A stretch of 64,000 bases of DNA from Lytechinus pictus (GCF_037042905.1 NC_087252.1:26166001-26230000), one strand, 5' to 3'; shown: positions 26,623-39,228, counted from the stretch's first letter. Translations and numbers: made by a program. Notes: generated by a model from the sequence alone, not told the origin.

Positions 26623-28991
26623 GTGTGTGTATAATAAAAAATTTAATGCACACATGGGTGCTGTGTATGTGTAAGTACAATCGACTAAATAGACTCAGTG
26701 TGTATTGTGAATAAAATGTAAGTTGAGTCAAAGTTGGCAGCCTGCTGTATGTTACTTTAGTGCAACAAAGTGGGCAAAGAGTTAATGACAAGGGGGTGTT
26801 TCACAAACATTGAAACGTCGCACTTTTAAATTTCAGTTGTGTGCAGTATATAACGGATCACCTTATTGGTCAGATCATGATTACGGGACCATGTATCAGT
26901 CAATCAGGTTAGGTATTAAACTCAATTTCTTTTTTGTGTTGGGTACAAAACGACAAAAAATGTATTAATTTATAACTTGTTTTTCTTCTTCTTTTTGCTT
27001 GTCAAATTTTTTAGGGGTACGAGAAGACCTACAATTTGTGGTTTTCAACATTTCTTTCAGCCCCCCCCCCCCCTTCCCCTTTCAAACATGTGTGTGTTGG
27101 CATTTACTCATGACTGTATGTCACACTTAATTCTTTGTGAAACACCGCCATGTGGTTTTTATGGACAGTTTTCTCTATCAAAAACCATACTTGTGGCCTA
27201 TATAGACAGGTAGACCTTCTTTACAGGTTTTCTCTAGAGCAGGTTTGACTGTATCCATACATCATCTTTTAAAGCTCATGAACAAATGTCTAAACCACAT
27301 TAAGTAGTGATGCCATCTCGAATCCCACTAAGCCCCTTCTTCTTTCAAACCCTTCAGTTTCTGCATTAAAATTACATTGGGTAAGCCATGGACATGGATT
27401 TTATTAAGGTGTAAAGCTTTTTATGCCAGTAGTTCTATAATTTAGAAATTATCTGCTATATTGTATTTTTTTTTTTGAGTGACCCCAGTAATTACAACAT
27501 ACACACACATTACCCCCACACTACCAACACACAATAACGCAAAATTGCCTATACCACTCTGGTAAAAATTTTAATATTTTGCATTTTAAATTTCATGAAT
27601 TATCATTAACATTATTTTTGAAAAAAGAATGATTTCTGCAAAAAGCCTTTCTTAAGATTACAAAATAAAATTCAACATCACAAAGAACAAATTTTGATGA
27701 CTTTCCCTTTACCCGTTGGAGTCTGAATGATTTTGCTACAGACTCCAGCTCACATACAGTATATGCAGACTTAATATCCAATGGATTAAAAGTCATTTTG
27801 TGATTAAATGCATCAAATATCCAATGTAAAAGAAATATGATCTCTTGTATTCCCAACCTTGAATCACAGGAAGAAAAACCTATTATATACTGTACAGGTA
27901 AATTTATCCTGGTCCTACCATAACAGGAACTGCAGACGTTTTATAGCAAGCACGAAAAGTTTTTCTTTCATACCATCAAGTTCATGAGGAAAACTGTGTC
28001 CCCTATTCAAATACAATCAAATTACAGAATTTGACCACTATCAGCTTTCTGTCATACCCACAGGTTTTGTACACCCATTTGGTTTAAGTAGACAATATGG
28101 TAAGTAGTTTCCTGATGACTAGCCAAGACAACAATCAATATTTGGTACAAACTTAATACAAGAATGTATTTGAAAAAAAAAATTAATTATGCTTGATTTA
28201 ACTTTTTTTTATTCATACAAATCAGGTTTGGTTTGGGAGTACTTGTATTATTATAATCATTAAGCTTGTTTTACTATTTTTCTACTTGTCCAAAGCAACT
28301 ATTTTATTTGGGAGGACTTCTTATATTATTATGATCCTGGTAACCCCCCCCCCCCCCCTAGGCTCTGAACTATGAACTTAGAATCACCAATTCGTGAGGA
28401 TTGGCGCAATTGAATTTACAGCATTGCGGTGGGGTCATATTGAAGATATTTTTTCTAGATCATCAGAAAAGGAAACATTTAAAAATATAAAAAATTTGGT
28501 AACTATTAGTAATTATTCTGCATTTTGCACCCCCCCCCTTGCATTTTTTTTCTGTGCCAGACCATCCATGATGTAGGGGCCGTAATTTAAGATATGAAAC
28601 AAGTGAATGAAGCATTCACAGTAATACTTAAGGATTAGGATCTCTCAAGGAGAAAACAATTTAACATATTTGATTTTCCATTTAATTTCTGTCATTTCTT
28701 TTATACCGTATTTGTGAATCATGTTTTTTATAAAACTATGTTGCATTGAAAAATAAAGTAGTAACCTATGTTAAAAAATATTTGTGGAGTATTTGTCATC
28801 ATTCATGTCTAATTGAGGGTTTTTTATAAAGTGTTATAGCTTGTGACTGTTCAAGGCAGCATGACAAGAAGCTTTATTATAATCAAATACATGCAGGTCA
28901 GAAAATTTAACTTGAATTTATTGATGTCTTACAGATAATATCAATTGCACGTTTATCCAGAATTTGAAGGGAAAAGTGTGGAAAAGGTTGA

Positions 28992-29746
28992 AATAATAAT
29001 AAATAATAATATTCCGCATTTACATAACGCTTAAAGATAAATTCCAGTTTTGGTAACGATCTCAAAATGACTTTTTACAGAATCTAATATAAAAACCACC
29101 CAAGTGTCTGTTTGTATGAATAAAAAATATGTGCCAAAGGATTCTGGAAGAAATTGTGTAATTGCTGAGAAATAAGCAAAATAAGCGCGGATTCGGTCAC
29201 TTCCGTCGGGTCTTTATTCCAGCAACAATAATACACTGTCACACGTGTGCCTATCTGTGTTGGCGATCTTCAGTGTGATCGTATTTCAGCTTAGATTTTA
29301 TGATTTCACAAAGTTCAATTTATGTAACTGTACCAGATCTAGATCCACGATGATATAGTCATACTTAACCTTGGTTTTACAGAATTTATCACGAAATTAG
29401 TGTTTTACTGCAACTACGTTCTTTTAGCTTTAACACATCGGAACGACGTCTCTAAGCGCTTCACATATATATTATAATCCCGGTCATTGGATCCTTACAT
29501 GCCTGCATACAATGTATGCAGCTTCTCCACTTCCTGGGGAGCATTCCAACAAGAGTTCCAAGACTCAATTGCTACACATACTACATAGGCTTTCGCATCC
29601 TAGCGGGTAACCATTTAACACCTGGGTGGAGAGTGGCAAATTGTGGATTGACGCCTTGCCAAAGGACGCAAGGCCATGGTTGGATTCGAACACACGACCC
29701 TCTGATTACTAGGCGAGAGTCAAAACCGCTACACCACGGCGCTTCC
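28992..29746 (-). mobile_element. tRNA-derived SINE with a TTAA element inserted near its tail
   Basis: Minus-strand head tggtgtagcgg...gttcgaatcc, core cacccaggtg, (TTA)n tail. Confidence 0.8.
29035..29429. mobile_element. TTAA-flanked insertion within the SINE
   Basis: gcttaa|ag...ct|ttaacacat versus uninterrupted gcttaatacat in the SINE copy near 165; imperfect TIR. Confidence 0.65.
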
Positions 29747-31708
29747 ACAAATACTGAAAATCAATAAGGTGGTGTTTAGGTAGTGAAGATACAATATTTG
29801 GAATGACTAATAGAGACAACTTAGTTGAAAGATGAATTTATTAAAATAAACAATACTCAGTGTACATAATTTACAGAAACCTCTACACATGACTCAAATT
29901 CAATAAATTTGAGTTATCATTTTCTTCACATTTTCTTAACAGTAATTGTAATATCATTTTCAAAGTACACTTCAGAGTAAATGGAATTTGTTTAAATAGC
30001 ATAAAATGGCAAGAAATATTAACAATGTACCACATAAATGCACATTAAATATACATCCAAAACTCAGTATTGTTAGACATGAGGGAAATACAAACTTACC
30101 ATATTATAAATGTATTAACCAAAAGAAGAAATGGATTATTGATCATAGTAGAAAAATGAATCTGATAATTATACTTCACATGTTCATGTACATGTACAGA
30201 TACACACCAAGTAAAAAATGACTAAATGAGGAAATTTTTTAAAGAATACAACAGGATCTTTGCAGACAAAATGCATGCAAACAGAAATATCATTTTTCAT
30301 ACATTTCTCACACAAAAAATATATTTCATAAATACCACAGTAAATTTATGTTTATACAGAGCATGGCACATATGTACAGGATCACCATTAAAAAAAACAT
30401 TGTTTATCTAATAGGAGAAGACTGATGAAATGATGCTTTTAATTCATCTATAATTTTAAAGAAATTGCCATTCTAAACATTAACACTTTTTAAAATGGTA
30501 TAAGTTGACACAAAAAAATATTATAGTTTCACTTTTGAAAAATGATCTCATTAACAACAAAAGGGGCAATAGGCATTACGGTCATTCATAGAAAAGTAAT
30601 TTATTCTTCAAATGTTTATCCCAGAATTAAAAGAGGTATACTTTTCAGAAAGTTGGCTGTGAATAACTAGACTCTAATACAGCATAGATGAAGCAACAAA
30701 TTCTAGCTCTTTTCAGTCTCTCTGAAAGAACTCATTATTTGATGAAAGGCAAATTTTCTTTGTACTGGTACAGTTTTCACTCAACACAACACATCACCTA
30801 GAAACTACTGTACAGTACTAAAAATATCTGGGACTGGAAAGCCTTATTTTCAAGCTGTGTATGGAGTTATACATCATCTTGATTCTCTTAACCGTAAGTT
30901 AAAATCCAATCATTGTAGAATCAAATTCTTACTTAAAACACACATTTGAATGCAAAATTTACTTTTGGTCAAAATTTTATCTGGGTTTTTGGCCGAACTC
31001 TGTTGTAACTTGCAGGAAAAACTTGGGGTATCACATTTAGCACCAGAATATATTTCAATTGTTCATAAAGTCATGTGAAATTTCATATACAGCTTGATAG
31101 AACAACCCATCGATATTATCATTCTTCCTACAGTATGTACCTCACTTTCTTCAATATTAAATAATTTACACAATAATAGGTCGCAGAGTAAGTTTGAAAT
31201 CCAATGTTCGATGGAAAAAGAAAATGTGTTTGCCTATTACACCGTGCTATTCCATTGGTGTTTAACCCATTGAGAAGTGTTAACCCAGTGGTATTAAACC
31301 ATTGTTCACCAATGCAATTCCAATGGTAATGAAAGTTGTGTTTTAACCCATTGAGTGGTGGCAACTAATTTTTTTTAAACCATTGTTTACCAAGGCAACA
31401 TCAATCGAAACAAATGTTGGGTGTAAACCAATCGAGTACTATGCCCAAGAAAACTTGAGCTAAGATCCATGTTATTCAACAGTTACTGACCTTAGCATTT
31501 GAAATCTAACTATAAACTACAGTATTGCATTATTTTACATTAATGAAAGGTTGAAATAGAGAAATGGGTCATAAAGAGGAAAACCTTTCAAAAGAAAAGC
31601 AAAGTAAAACTGCTATTCAAAATCATTGAGGTTTTCCACAAATATAAATTCAAGAAGACAACTGTTCCAAATGGTACATGAATCGGAAATGAGGAAGAGG
31701 TTACTCAC

Positions 31709-31846
31709 GTTGGACAGCAACATAGACACTGCCCTCTATAGGGCCAGCTAAACAAGTGTAGGTGCCCGTGTCTGTTTCCTGAAGGTTGCTTATTATGAGA
31801 CGTGTCTCGCCAAGGGATGGACTCTCTACACGGATACGGGCTCTGT
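31709..31846 (-). CDS. Exon: Ig8 C-half (DRARIRVESPSLGETRLIISNLQETDTGTYTCLAGPIEGSVYVAVQ)
   Basis: 138 nt, cag|...|gtgag, DTGTYTC. Confidence 0.92.
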
Positions 31847-32138
31847 CTGTGGGGGTTGGAAAAACAATTACAAGAAGGTGACATTTGAGCTTTATTTACA
31901 AAGTCCATACCTATCATTTTAGATTAAAAACCACATCACTCATATAAAAATAACATTAAAAATATTGTGTTATCGTAAGATAGACCAAGATCATTCTAGT
32001 AAATTGGTATCACAAAGGAAGCACAGGTGATTGATAGCTCCCTTAGGTGTGATTCAAAATAACCTAATTATGAATTAATGCCATTTTTCCTTATCAAGTA
32101 TCTGAAAGTATCCTGGAAAAGGAATCCCTGAAATAATG

Positions 32139-32222
32139 TTCACTTACCACATGAGATGACTAACTCCTGACAGTTGTTCCAGATAGGTGGTCCTACCAAG
32201 TAAGTATCACTGATTGTGCACA
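32139..32222 (-). pseudogene. Decayed partial copy of the 3' end and donor of the EGF-Ig8 exon
   Basis: ttcacttaccacatgagatg...ccagataggtggtcctacca matches ttcacttaccatatgcgatg...ccagacaggtggttctacca at about 33465-33546. Confidence 0.75.
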
Positions 32223-32270
32223 TGTAACTTACCCCCCCCCCCCCCTCGGTGTCATTCCCTGAACTAAGTA

Positions 32271-33118
32271 GGGGAAGGCGGGGTAAGTTGTGACACTTTT
32301 TACATTGTGCATGTTAGAATTGATATGACTAGTAATATTGTGGAGATAAGTACCTTGCCTTTAAATTTTATTCTTGGGAAATATTTTCACCTATATAAAA
32401 CTTTCTATCCCCACACTGGAAATCGTTGTGACCTTTGAAAAAACTGATGTCAAATGGCTCAACTTGCCCCATCTGTGGGGTAAGTTGTGCCACCGTCTGG
32501 GGTAAATTGAGCCACAAAAACTATGTGCAAAATGTATGCGGGAGAACCAGGATGTCAATTTTTCATTTAAAGTATATTCACTTGCTAATTCTCTATAAAT
32601 ACCAACATCTTCTAAAACTGTCATGTGAATTTGCTCCTTTCTGCCTGCATATCAATGGCTTTTTATGTTTTTAAATTTTTTATTATATATTAATATAAGA
32701 GTTACCATGGCTCAACTTGCCCCATGTTGGTTGGCTTAAATTAGCCCCGTCCGAACTTTTTGTGATATTTTCACATCCACACATTTCTTATGCATCCATC
32801 ATGTAAAAGACTATGACAAGAGCGAGAATCCATACCTGGACTAACAATATTGTTCTTATTTCTAAAATATATTTAAAGACGTTTGTGGGTAAAAAGCACT
32901 TATCTATTTCACACCCTTTTTTACTTTTTCGGCTGAAATTTGTACTTTTCCCTCTAAAATTATTTTTTTTGTTTCAAAGTTGAAAACGATGTGGTGGGGT
33001 TGAGGGTTATGCAATGGGTCATCAATAAATGACACCACCACAATGTCTGACTCATTCATTATTAGCCTGGGGGTGGTGGCTCAACTTGCCCCGATGCTCA
33101 ACTTACCCCGCCTTCCCC
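32271..33118. mobile_element. TA-flanked non-autonomous DNA transposon (Tc1/mariner/pogo-like) with internal caactt(g/a)cccc repeats
   Basis: Perfect TIR ggggaaggcggggtaagttg / caacttaccccgccttcccc; exact ends uncertain by a few bp. Confidence 0.82.
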
Positions 33119-33472
33119 TACTAGTATCATGCCTAAAAGAATGTGCCCTACCATATAAAGCACAGCACACAAAATACAATAAGGCTTCAGGATCTGGCTA
33201 AAACTAATCACATCAAAGGAACATCAATAGTACCTTTCTCCTGAGGGCTAAAGGCCTGAGAGAGAATGGTACTATTGATGTTCCTGAGTGTGAATGGTTT
33301 TAGCCTGTTATGAGAATAAGCCATTGCATAATTGTTTTATATCCCTTCCAGCTGTATCATAATAATGAAAAAAAGTTGATTTTGACAAATTTAATCAAAC
33401 TTTTCAGACTTCCTGCAAGCTAGCTTGGCAGGCAGCCTGAGCTGGTGAGATGCTCACAATGGCTTCACTTAC

Positions 33473-33709
33473 CATATGCGATGTCCTCTCCCTGAAGGTT
33501 CCTCCAGACAGGTGGTTCTACCAGGTTGGTATCATTGACCGAGCAAAGGTAACTGATGGTTCCTCCTAGGCGTGGATCCGAATCCTGGCTTGGGACAATG
33601 TTGATGCTGACCGGTAGAAGGACTTGGCAGTGGCCTCCCACGTAACCTGCTTGGCAATGACAGGACCCCTCCCGACAGATACCTCCATTGATACATACTG
33701 GGAAACATC
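33473..33709 (-). CDS. Exon: EGF fused to Ig8 N-half (GCFPVCINGGICREGSCHCQAGYVGGHCQVLLPVSINIVP...YLCSVND...PVWRNLQGEDIAY)
   Basis: 237 nt, cag|...|gtaag, 6-Cys EGF running directly into the Cys/Trp half-Ig. Confidence 0.92.
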
Positions 33710-33809
33710 CTGTTAGAAAGAAATAACTGACTGTTCAAGGTCTTTGTGTCATTGACAAATGACCTATAATCTAAACTGTTCTGCTCCACCTTCTCTTTCC
33801 TCATCATGC

Positions 33810-34371
33810 TCCCCTTTCTTTTACTTCTTTCTTCTCCTCCTTCTTCTTCTTCTTCTTATCCTCCTCCTCCTTATTCCTCTTCTTCTTCTTCATCTTCTTT
33901 TTCTTCTCCTTCTTCTTCTTCTTCTCCTCCTAAGTATTCTTCTTCTTCATCTCTTTATCTTCATTAATATATCTCATTATTACCATTTTTATTTCCCTGT
34001 ATTATCAGGAATATGATTCTCATTATCATCTCAATTGCCATCATCATCACCAATATCAGTTTAATAATGAATATACTATGATCATTATTATTGATTAAAA
34101 AGTTTGATATCATCAACTGATTTAACAGCATCTTCATCATTATCACAACCATAATCATCGTAATCACTCTCATCTCAATGATGATAATAATGATGATGAT
34201 GGTGAAGGCAAAGGTGATGAGATGATCTCATCACCTTTATCTTCATCATCACCATCATTATCATCATCATCATCATCATCACCACCACCACCAGCACCAC
34301 CATCACTACTATCAGCATCATCACAACAATCAACATCACCATCATTATCATCATCATCATCTGACATCTTC

Positions 34372-34405
<34 letters not shown>

Positions 34406-34485
34406 CCACCATCATCAGCATCATCACCACAATCACCACCAACATCATCATTATCACCATCCATATCCTCCTCATCAACATATCA
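33810..34485. repeat. (CTT)n and (CAT/CAC)n low-complexity tracts
   Basis: Direct reading. Confidence 0.9.
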
Positions 34486-34509
34486 TTTTTATATGAAGGG
34501 ATATGTTAC

Positions 34510-34608
34510 CTCTGAGTTCACAGTGTCCACCAATGAATCCATCCGCACAGTCACAGACTCCATTGTTACATGTTCCTCCATTGCTACAGGGTGGATCGCA
34601 TGATCGCT
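34510..34608 (-). CDS. Exon: EGF (ERSCDPPCSNGGTCNNGVCDCADGFIGGHCELR)
   Basis: 99 nt, cag|...|gtaac, 6 Cys; absent from ORF track. Confidence 0.93.
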
Positions 34609-35337
34609 CTGAAGAACACAAGAGTATCAATTAATCTATGCGTTTCAAAATACATGTGCAAAAGTGTTTCGCCATTAGTATGATGTCACTCCTTCATGTT
34701 GATCCTGAGAGAATTATCACAAATCGTGTCCTATACCTACGATAAAAGTAGTCCACCCTCAAGAGCAAGGGGGTCTCTCATGACAATGAATATTTATGGT
34801 GTATGAATTATGAAACACACAAATTTAATACTATCACAAGCAGTGTCACCATGGTTAGGTAGCATCCTAAGTATAGACAAATCTGAAGAATGATTTTTAA
34901 AAATCACTTTCGTAGGAAATAAACGATCCATGGCACACACGTGTAAAATTTCTAAAAGTCTGGTAAATGCAGGTAAAATTTACAATCAAGCTGTAGGTCC
35001 TCCATGAGTTGCCTTATAAAAATGTTGATAGTGGAAAAGCATAGGAACCACAGGAAGGGGTGAAAGTTTGTCCTTAGGGTGGAAGGAACGTAGATATCTT
35101 TAGAAGACAGAGGAATGAAAGGATCATGAGCAGTTCTAAAAGGCTGGGAATTTAGGGCTGTTGAGCAGCATGAACAGAAAGCCTGTTAAAATGAAGCTTG
35201 ACGGGCATAAATTTCAAAATGAATTTCTCAATACTTTTGAAGTACAGAAGAGCAAATTGATTGTATTTCCAATACAATAGACTCATTTACATCCTTGAAA
35301 GTATATGTACATGTATATAATTAATATTTGAACATAC

Positions 35338-35478
35338 CTGCCAAGACTATCGTGAAGGTGGTTGTCAGAGGGCCTCCGTTGCAACGGTAGATACCCATGT
35401 CATTGTTGGTAAAGTTATGGATGATCAACTTGGTCTCGTAGTCTGACAGACGTTGGGTGTAAACTCGGTGGTCGCGAA
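35338..35478 (-). CDS. Exon: Ig7 C-half (RDHRVYTQRLSDYETKLIIHNFTNNDMGIYRCNGGPLTTTFTIVLA)
   Basis: 141 nt, cag|...|gtatg, DMGIYRC. Confidence 0.9.
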
Positions 35479-36056
35479 CTGAAACATTAGATATCATAGA
35501 ATAATTAAGTTGATTTTTGTTTGCCCATCCCAGTGAACCAACAGAATCATACTTCAAAAGAAAATTCTTAATAGATTCCATTTCTGCGTTCACTAGCAAT
35601 TTCTATCAGTATTAATTTACTCAATCCAAGTTTACATGAATTTATATTCAACTATTTGCAGAGAGTAGTAATGCAATGGATATTTTAAAATCAATATCAA
35701 TATAAGTTTATCTTAACACGATATTCATTTACCCTTGCACTGAATAAAAATGTCATAATAAAAATGTCATTATAAAAATGTATATCACATAGCTTTTTGT
35801 TATGTTTATGCTGATTCATATTTGCATTGGACACTTAGCAAAATCAACAATTGGTTGACGTGACTGAATTCCTGGCAAGATTAGTCTGTCAAATGCACTG
35901 AGCACTAACAGGCAGTTCAAGCTAAATCCAGAGTAATAATATTAATGCGTCTCAGAATAGACTATTTGTTTATACATAGTGCTGTATAAATGCATATTGT
36001 CACCACTGACTTTACTATCAATTATCACGTATTGTGGGGTACAGAACCGAACTTAC

Positions 36057-36215
36057 TTGAAGGATTCGACGAGATGACCTTGCCAGTGGGGTTCCTCCAG
36101 AATGGATACCTTGGGGCATTGGCTCCACTGGTCCTGCACAAGAACTCTATGTCCTCACCGACCATAGGACTCTTCTCAATACTTGGGATGATGACAATAG
36201 AGGACTGGAAACCAA
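36057..36215 (-). CDS. Exon: Ig7 N-half (GFQSSIVIIP...FLCRTSG...PFWRNPTGKVISSNPS)
   Basis: 159 nt, tag|...|gtaag. Confidence 0.92.
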
Positions 36216-36280
36216 CTATAAAATGGAGAGAAGATATCATGAATATTCATAAACTCAAAGTTAAATGCATATGTATATAT

Positions 36281-36362
36281 GCAAGAACTCAATGTCCTAA
36301 GCGACCATAGGGTCCTTCTAAATTCTTGGGATGGTCACAATGGAGGATTGGAAACCAACTAG
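36281..36362 (-). pseudogene. Decayed partial copy of the acceptor and 5' part of the Ig7 N-half exon
   Basis: Aligns by eye with about 36137-36218; translates GFQSSIVTIPRI then TAG. Confidence 0.8.
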
Positions 36363-36566
36363 AAACAAATAAAAGGCAAAATTTAAATCAGACACAACTT
36401 GCTTTTCAACCAATGAAAACTGTGCATTCGAGAATTGCACTTGAATTCTTGCATCACATTGACACATTACTCTTTCTGCAACGGGCCACTGGTCTTACAA
36501 ACCCATACAATGTTCTTATTAACCATGGGATCTGAGGATAAGAATTCACTCGAAGAAGTAACTTAC

Positions 36567-36665
36567 TTCCAATCTGGCAGAATGAACCTTGGTAGCCTTC
36601 AGGACAGGAGCAGACGCCATCCATACAGGTTCCTCCATTAGCACAGTTCAGAGGGCAAGGTCGTT
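36567..36665 (-). CDS. Exon: EGF (ERPCPLNCANGGTCMDGVCSCPEGYQGSFCQIG)
   Basis: 99 nt, cag|...|gtaag, 6 Cys. Confidence 0.93.
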
Positions 36666-36932
36666 CTGTAGGACACATGAATTAACATTGACATTAGAAT
36701 GACAAGGTTGTTCTGTAGGACACATGAATGAAAATTGACAATAGAATGACAAGGACATTCTGAAGGACACATGATTCAATGTTCAAAGTCTATTTCCACA
36801 TTTCCATACAAACAGGAAAAATAAGAAGTTGCAACATGCATATATAAAATTGACTTGCTCTTTAAAACAATACAACACCCATAATCTTGTCATTCATTTT
36901 AAAATCCCATGTATTATATTCTATTGTTTATG

Positions 36933-37342
36933 TGCAGCCAAGCTGGTTTTCAAAGCTCGTAAGCACGATCATGTTACTCCTCTGTTAAGAGAGTTGCATT
37001 GGCTTTCAGTGAAGCAACGTATTGTCTTCAAGATTATGACCATTGTTTTCAATATTATCCATGATGAAGCTCCACACTACATGGACTCTCTCATCCGCCC
37101 ACATCAGTCAGAACGCTCTAGTACAGACATTACTTGACTCCATGTTCCACGGACAAATACCAAAGCTGGTGACAACGCTTTTCAGACATTTGCCCCAAGA
37201 ACCTGGAATGACCTTTCAAGATATATGCGACTTTTTCCTTCTTTGGAAGTATTTAAGAATCATCTAAAAACTCTGCTTTTTAATCAATAATCTTTACATG
37301 TATTAGTCAAGAGCGCTATATTAATTAACATATTATTATTAT
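36933..37342 (+). mobile_element. 3' fragment of an L2/CR1-group LINE
   Basis: AAKLVFKARKHDHVTPLLRELHWLSVKQRIVFK resembles the ORF2 C-terminal motif of this group; ends in (TTA)n. Confidence 0.85.
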
Positions 37343-37662
37343 GTTTGAATGGCCTAGTTTGATTTAAAATTGTTCTATCCTTCTTGGCTACTGCACGTTA
37401 ATCCTACTTAGTCTTACATCAGTTGTACTAACCACTTGGTATAAGTGCCATTTAGCCCATTCGTTACTTTGTCCAATTTCATCTCATGACCAATCGCAGT
37501 GACATGGTATTCATGATTCCAATCTCTTACCACAGAGATAAGGATAGCAAGTCTTGCAAAGTATTATGAAGTGAGTCTAAATATAATGAGGTATGTGCAG
37601 GTTATTCATATATTACTCTGGCTAAATTTCACTGTATGAACAGCATATCGTATCACAGGTAC

Positions 37663-37800
37663 CTTCAATACTGATAAACACGGTGCTGTTCAGAGGGCCA
37701 GTAGCACAGGTGAAGTAACCAGCATCTCCCTCTGCCAGAGGTCTGATGTAAAGCCGGGTAGCGGTGGAGTTTACAGCGAAGGTGAATATACGATCCACAC
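37663..37800 (-). CDS. Exon: Ig6 C-half (VDRIFTFAVNSTATRLYIRPLAEGDAGYFTCATGPLNSTVFISIE)
   Basis: 138 nt, tag|...|gtacc, DAGYFTC. Confidence 0.9.
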
Positions 37801-38580
37801 CTAGATCAAATAAGTTATTAGTGATTTCACAGTTTAACATTCAGGAACAAAGTTGAATGCATGATTTCAACTTTGAATTTAAATTCCCTTCACTTACATC
37901 TGTATACAGGAACATGAATGTTAAATTGATAAAGTAGTTACCTTATGAGAAGCCAAAGAAAGACTAAAAAATTAATGGAGTGTACATGTATATGGGAGAT
38001 CAGTTAATGTAAACATTTTGTGCCTTGTCTCCAATTGTCTACATATTAGCAACAAGGCAACTAATTCACAATTTACTAAATATGACAAATTTCTTAACGA
38101 ACATTCATGACATAATTTAACACATAAACGCTGTCTTTTACATTTTTGGCCACTCGGCCTACAGAAAAGAAAAGTGGTCTCCATAGCAAAAGAGAGATAC
38201 TACAATCGCAATGGAAATACATTTATTTTGTTACTTAGGTTTTTTAGTCATGCACCACTTCTAAAAAGCAGCCTTTGTAGAGAGAGTACAACTCAAAGAA
38301 ATGTGTTTGCAATAGGCATTACTGATTCATATTTATTTATATTATTTTTTCTTTCTTGGGAACCTAGTAACAGGGTATTCCCTAAACCTGCTTGTAAGAA
38401 ACAAAGTACATCACTTGGAATTTAGTTTGGATACATTACAGCAAGCTTTCTTATTTTCAAAATAAACTCTTGTTTTAAGGAAACATAAAATTTGAATGTA
38501 AGTAAACAAGCCTGTTAAGTCCGTTTGGTTCTTATCTAAAAGTTTGTAAAAATTCCTGTAACTGATCAATACTTACTGGT

Positions 38581-39060
38581 AATTTTGAGAAAATTAAATA
38601 ATATATAAGAAAATGTTACAAAAATGAGAGGCAAATCAGTATTATGGAAAACAAAACACATAAATTTGATAAAAAATTTGTAAATTTCGAAAGAATTCTT
38701 GTCATTTTGTAATAAGATTTCCGGACCTTTATATGTATTTCTGTTTAATGTAAACATATTTTCATGATGAATGTGCAGTGTGTTTCGGGTGAGAGGTGAT
38801 CAATTATTGTTGGAGTGGCCTTGTTCGGTGCTCATTTGTTCTTTGCTGCTGCAAGTGTCGGCGGCGGAACGGATGGGTGTAGGACATGGCCACTCTAGTA
38901 TCGGTTGCCTTTTGCTTGAAACGCCCTGTAGGCCTATACTTTGTACAAAATTATGCTATGTGTGTATGATATGTTATTTCATTTATATCATTGTTAAAAT
39001 GTTAATGCAAATATATGCCCTATCGGAGGGAAATAAAAAAAGCTTTAAAAAAAAAAAAAA
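38581..39060 (+). mobile_element. Truncated poly(A)-tailed retroposon insertion with 13-bp TSD
   Basis: AATAAA then an A-tail ending near 39060; aatacttactggt at 38568-38580 and 39061-39073. Confidence 0.8.
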
Positions 39061-39069
39061 AATACTTAC

Positions 39070-39228
39070 TGGTCTGTCTGATGCCAACAGCCCTACCCCT
39101 GGGATCTTTCCAGTGGGGGTTCTCTGGGGCAAACGTTCCTTGAGTGAGGCACAGGAAGGCAATGTTCTCTCCGGTATAGAAGACTTGACCTTCCTCTGGG
39201 TGGATCGCTATGGAGATGGGCTCCACAA
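39070..39228 (-). CDS. Exon: Ig6 N-half (VVEPISIAIHP...FLCLTQG...PHWKDPRGRAVGIRQT)
   Basis: 159 nt, aag|...|gtaag. Confidence 0.9.

Noticed and set aside
34170..34515. Poly-M/D/S/I ORFs
   Set aside because: (CAT)n microsatellite artefacts; the same applies to 42470-42917
38142..38158. 17-nt segment with a strong acceptor and gtaaaa donor inside the Ig6 intron
   Set aside because: Not a multiple of 3, weak donor, no paralogous support
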